The translations under genes and the position numbers were made by a program. Below the pieces are notes generated by a model, which made no database searches, was not told where the DNA came from, and saw nothing but the letters and a program-made list of their open reading frames with translations. This document shows, piece by piece, positions 43,742 to 46,637 of a stretch of 46,637 bases of DNA (positions are counted from its first letter, which is position 1; each line of letters begins with the position of its first letter). Location: the IMG/VR virus record IMGVR_UViG_3300048858_000103, positions 1-46,637 of that record; one strand, written 5' to 3'. This DNA is from a virus. Taxonomy: Duplodnaviria > Caudoviricetes.

Positions 43742-44067
43742 TGATTATCAAACTTTCCCCCCAGCGCCGCGATGATGCACTGGTCCTGAGCAAGAAGGGC
43801 GACGTGCTCACCATTAACGGCGAAGAGTTCGACTTCACGGCCATCCCCGATGGGGCGACCCTTCCGGCGTCGGCGGTCAAGTCCGAGTTCATCGCTGGCG
43901 ACGTCACCCGCACCGGGGGCACGCTCACCGTCCCGCTGATCCTTCCGCATGGGCCCAACCCGAGTGAGGCAGTGGCCTTCCCGGCTGACATCAAGGCCAA
44001 CGCCGACGGCAAAATCACCCTGCCTCAAGACCCGGAAGAGCCCGAGGAGATCGCCTCTGATGAGTAA
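43741..44067 (+). CDS. Tail fibre assembly-associated protein
   Basis: MIIKLSPQR..GDVLTINGEEFDF..GATLP; TAATG coupling. Confidence 0.75.
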   Translation: MIIKLSPQRRDDALVLSKKGDVLTINGEEFDFTAIPDGATLPASAVKSEFIAGDVTRTGGTLTVPLILPHGPNPSEAVAFPADIKANADGKITLPQDPEEPEEIASDE

Positions 44068-44443
44068 CATCGACCTGAGCCAGCTGATAACGGCCGAGAC
44101 GAAGGCAGAAGCCGCGAAGATCGCCACCCGGGCCGCTATCGCCGCGCGCCGCTACGAGGCCGAGACTGGCGGCATCACGGTAGGCGGCATGGCCATCGAC
44201 ACCGGCCGGGACAGCCAGGCGCTCATCATGGGGGCTCGCCTTGCGGGCATCGATGATCCGGCCTACGTGTGCAACTGGAAAACCCCGAACGGCTTCATTC
44301 AGCTGGACGCCGAGACGGTGAAGGCCGTGGCCAACACCGTGCGCGCCCATGTACAGGCATGTTTCGACCGCGAGGCCGCGCTGCTGGGCATGGTAGAAGA
44401 CGGCACCTACACCGAAGCCGCACTGGAAGAGGGCTGGCCATGA
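44060..44443 (+). CDS. DUF4376-like tail fibre-associated protein
   Basis: RRYEAETGG, TGRDSQ, WKT, HVQACFDRE. Confidence 0.8.
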   Translation: MSNIDLSQLITAETKAEAAKIATRAAIAARRYEAETGGITVGGMAIDTGRDSQALIMGARLAGIDDPAYVCNWKTPNGFIQLDAETVKAVANTVRAHVQACFDREAALLGMVEDGTYTEAALEEGWP

Positions 44444-44916
44444 TGCTGGCCCCGGGCAAGTTCGCCGCCGGCGCGGCCACCCGCCAGATCAGTCGATGGC
44501 AGTTTCAGCTACTCGAACCACTGGTGTTCAACGACCCCGAGTACGGGCAGATCACCGTACCGGAAACTTTTACCAGCGACCTGGCATCCGTGCGCGTGCT
44601 GCGCGAGATATGCCGCTGGGCTGCCCTGGCTGCCGTGGTACTGGGCCTGTTCCTGTCCTCGATCAGCTGGGCCGCCACTGTGCTGTGGGCTGTGGCCGTC
44701 ACCGCGCTAGCCCTGTACGGCCTAGTGGTCGGCTACGGGATGCGTGCTGCGATCCTGCATGACTGGCTCTACAGCACCGCCACGCTGACCCGCGACCAGT
44801 GCGATGCCGTATTCAGCCGGGCCATGCACACCGGCGACGGTACCGCGCACTGGCGGACCTTCCTGTTCTGGATAGCCGTCCGCCTCGGCGGTGCCCGTCA
44901 CTACGGCGCTGGCTGA
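44440..44916 (+). CDS. DUF1353-like protein with inserted TM hairpin
   Basis: VPETFTSDLASV, AAILHDWLY, R.QCDAVF, AVRLGG. Confidence 0.75.
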   Translation: MMLAPGKFAAGAATRQISRWQFQLLEPLVFNDPEYGQITVPETFTSDLASVRVLREICRWAALAAVVLGLFLSSISWAATVLWAVAVTALALYGLVVGYGMRAAILHDWLYSTATLTRDQCDAVFSRAMHTGDGTAHWRTFLFWIAVRLGGARHYGAG

Positions 44917-44936
44917 TCCCTACCGCAGCACCACAC

Positions 44937-44959
44937 ACCCGCCTTGAGCGGGTTTTTTT
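44937..44959 (+). terminator. Intrinsic terminator
   Basis: ACCCGC-CTTGA-GCGGGT plus T-tract. Confidence 0.75.
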
Positions 44960-44973
44960 CGCCCGGAGAAAAC

Positions 44974-45525
44974 ATGCAGATCACCGAAGAGCAGCTGCAC
45001 AGGATCATGCCGCTGGCCGGCAGTCGCGCCGCGACCTATGTCGGCCCGCTGAACTCGACTATCGCCTATTACGGCATCAACACCCCGCAGCGCGTGGGCG
45101 CGTTCCTAGCGCAGGTCGGCCATGAATCCGGCCAGCTGCGCTACACGAAAGAACTGGGCGGAAACTCCTACCTGTCCAAGTACGACACCGGCACCCTGGC
45201 AGCGCGCCTGGGCAACACGCCGGCCGCCGATGGCGATGGGCAGATGTACGCGGGCCGGGGGCTGATTCAGATAACCGGCCGCAGCAACTACCTGGCGTGC
45301 AGCCTGGCCCTGTTCGGCGACCGCCGGCTGCTGAACACGCCGCAGCTGCTGGAGGAGCCCCAGTGGGCCGCGATGTCCGCTGGTTGGTTCTGGTCCGGGC
45401 ACCGCCTGAACGAGTTGGCCGACGCAGGCGATTTCGCCGGAATCACGAAGCGTATAAACGGCGGGCTCAACGGGCAGGCCGACCGCCTGGCGCTGTATGA
45501 CCAATCGCTCAAGGTGCTGGCGTGA
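44974..45525 (+). CDS. GH19 endolysin
   Basis: FLAQVGHES, GRGLIQITGRSNY, ITKRINGG. Confidence 0.93.
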   Translation: MQITEEQLHRIMPLAGSRAATYVGPLNSTIAYYGINTPQRVGAFLAQVGHESGQLRYTKELGGNSYLSKYDTGTLAARLGNTPAADGDGQMYAGRGLIQITGRSNYLACSLALFGDRRLLNTPQLLEEPQWAAMSAGWFWSGHRLNELADAGDFAGITKRINGGLNGQADRLALYDQSLKVLA

Positions 45526-46052
45526 CAGCCCTGCAATGGAAGCTGCTCGGTTATGCCGGCGTGGTGCTTCTTGCGCTGGCGGCCATCGCTGGCTCGCTGT
45601 ATGGCGCTTACAGCCATGGGGTATCGGTGGCCGATGCACGCTGGCAGGCGAAGGCCTCCGATCTGCAGGCGCTCCAGGCGAAGGCCCGGGCCGCAGCGGA
45701 AGGGAATGCCCGAACAGAAGAACAACGCCGGCAGACGGCCGCAAACGAGGTGGGTAGCAATGCAAGGCAGGAAAGCGCGGCTCTGGCCGCTGATGTGGCT
45801 GGGGCTGATGGTGCTGGCCAGCGGTTGCACGACGCAGCCGACAAGCTTGCCGCCCGAGCCAGTTGCACCCCCAGCGATCCCGGCGTTGCCAGCCGAGGCG
45901 AGACAGCCACCCGCGCCGCCATGGTGCTCTCCGACCTGCTCAAGCGCGCTGATCAAGTTGCGGGAGAACTGGCAGAAAAATATGACCGGGCCCGAATAGC
46001 CGGCCTGGCATGCGAGCGCACTTATGAGTCGCTAACCCAGGCCGCCCGGTGA
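45522..46052 (+). CDS. Rz: i-spanin (Rz-like, DUF2514-like)
   Basis: N-terminal TM, Ala-rich coiled coil, DRARIAGLACERTY. Confidence 0.85.
   Translation: MTALQWKLLGYAGVVLLALAAIAGSLYGAYSHGVSVADARWQAKASDLQALQAKARAAAEGNARTEEQRRQTAANEVGSNARQESAALAADVAGADGAGQRLHDAADKLAARASCTPSDPGVASRGETATRAAMVLSDLLKRADQVAGELAEKYDRARIAGLACERTYESLTQAAR
45760..45999 (+). CDS. Rz1: o-spanin lipoprotein nested in Rz
   Basis: +1 frame; lipobox-like LASGC; Pro-rich; C.PTCS. Confidence 0.8.
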   Translation: MQGRKARLWPLMWLGLMVLASGCTTQPTSLPPEPVAPPAIPALPAEARQPPAPPWCSPTCSSALIKLRENWQKNMTGPE

Positions 46053-46256
46053 AGCCTTGCCTGACCGCCCAAGCAGATCCTCTCGCAACAACGCCGCCAA
46101 ATCTCGCCATGGCATCTGATCCGCATGGATCGCCGCGCCACATCCTCCCCGGTGCTCGAAAGGGCGCCGCGCCTCTTGCAGATCCTGCCGCGCACCGCAC
46201 GCCCGGCAGGCCACCTGCTCGTCGATGATCACCCACGCCTGCTTCCATCTCTCCAT
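46032..46256 (-). CDS. Small putative zinc-binding protein
   Basis: CRAC...H..GC motif; start uncertain. Confidence 0.5.
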   Translation of the reverse strand: MERWKQAWVIIDEQVACRACGARQDLQEARRPFEHRGGCGAAIHADQMPWRDLAALLREDLLGRSGKASPGGLG

Positions 46257-46308
46257 GCATTCCCCGACCGGCTACGCTGTTCTTCCTGGACGCACTCCCC
46301 CAAAATCA

Positions 46309-46324
46309 CTGGCTTTATATCCAG
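46309..46324. promoter_or_regulatory. LexA (SOS) box
   Basis: CTG-GCTTTATATC-CAG = CTG-N10-CAG with AT-rich spacer, just before the RBS of the 46338 gene. Confidence 0.7.
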
Positions 46325-46337
46325 TGGAGGGCCCGCC

Positions 46338-46637
46338 ATGTATTTCCAAGTAGTCCGCATGTACGACCGTGGCGTCAAGAAGGATAGCGAGGCGCTGCTG
46401 TGCGAGGTGCCCGAGCTGGGCGACCTGCATGTGGCCATGGCCGGGGGCGAGGCGCTGAAGCGTGAGACGATGGTTGCCGTGCTGCGCCGCGGGGGAACGG
46501 AGCAGGATCTGGTGCCACCGCTGCTCGACGCCAAGCTGCAGGGGATGGCTGGAGCAGGGTTTACCCTGTGCGGCCTGGAGCAGGAGGGCGAGCAGTTCTT
46601 TATGCAGGCCTGGTATTGCAGAGAGGTTGAGGATTGA
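46338..46637 (+). CDS. Hypothetical protein, probably SOS-regulated
   Basis: GGAGG RBS; MYFQVVRM...QAWYC. Confidence 0.7.
   Translation: MYFQVVRMYDRGVKKDSEALLCEVPELGDLHVAMAGGEALKRETMVAVLRRGGTEQDLVPPLLDAKLQGMAGAGFTLCGLEQEGEQFFMQAWYCREVED

Larger units (their letters stand above)
1..46637. mobile_element. Lambdoid siphovirus prophage (near complete; att sites not visible in window)
   Basis: Canonical order int-xis-early left-cI/cro-replication-nin-Q-terminase-head-tail-lysis spans the entire window. Confidence 0.97.

Noticed and set aside
1-46637. att direct repeats, tRNA, CRISPR array, DGR or invertible fibre cassette
   Set aside because: None seen by eye; window starts at the int stop codon so att sites probably lie outside; no reverse transcriptase or invertase gene

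Overview
The whole window is a near-complete lambdoid (long non-contractile tail) prophage, GC-rich and most similar in gene content to Pseudomonas prophages (host is my inference). Left to right: integrase/excisionase; a leftward early operon (orphan C5 methyltransferase, Rmf-like protein, Gp157, Sak/Rad52-like recombinase, many small ORFs); a roughly 650-bp structured non-coding pL leader; a cargo block at the rexAB position (small secreted peptide, YafO-like toxin plus atypical partner); the cI/cro/cII-like switch with matching operators; O/DnaB replication with iterons; a nin region carrying a PL7 alginate-lyase gene; RusA; Q; hicAB; holin-like membrane genes; head genes with a collagen-like gene; lambda-type tail genes with a lipoprotein moron; GH19 endolysin with Rz/Rz1; and a LexA-box-flanked gene pair. 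No att repeats, tRNA or CRISPR were seen. Most notable: the operon-embedded alginate lyase, the non-canonical YafO cassette, a nested alternative-frame ORF in the methylase, an unannotated 43-aa secreted disulfide peptide, an in-frame second repressor C-terminus behind the cI stop codon, and a pseudoknot-like RNA in the pL leader. Family calls come from motif recognition by eye, not database searches.
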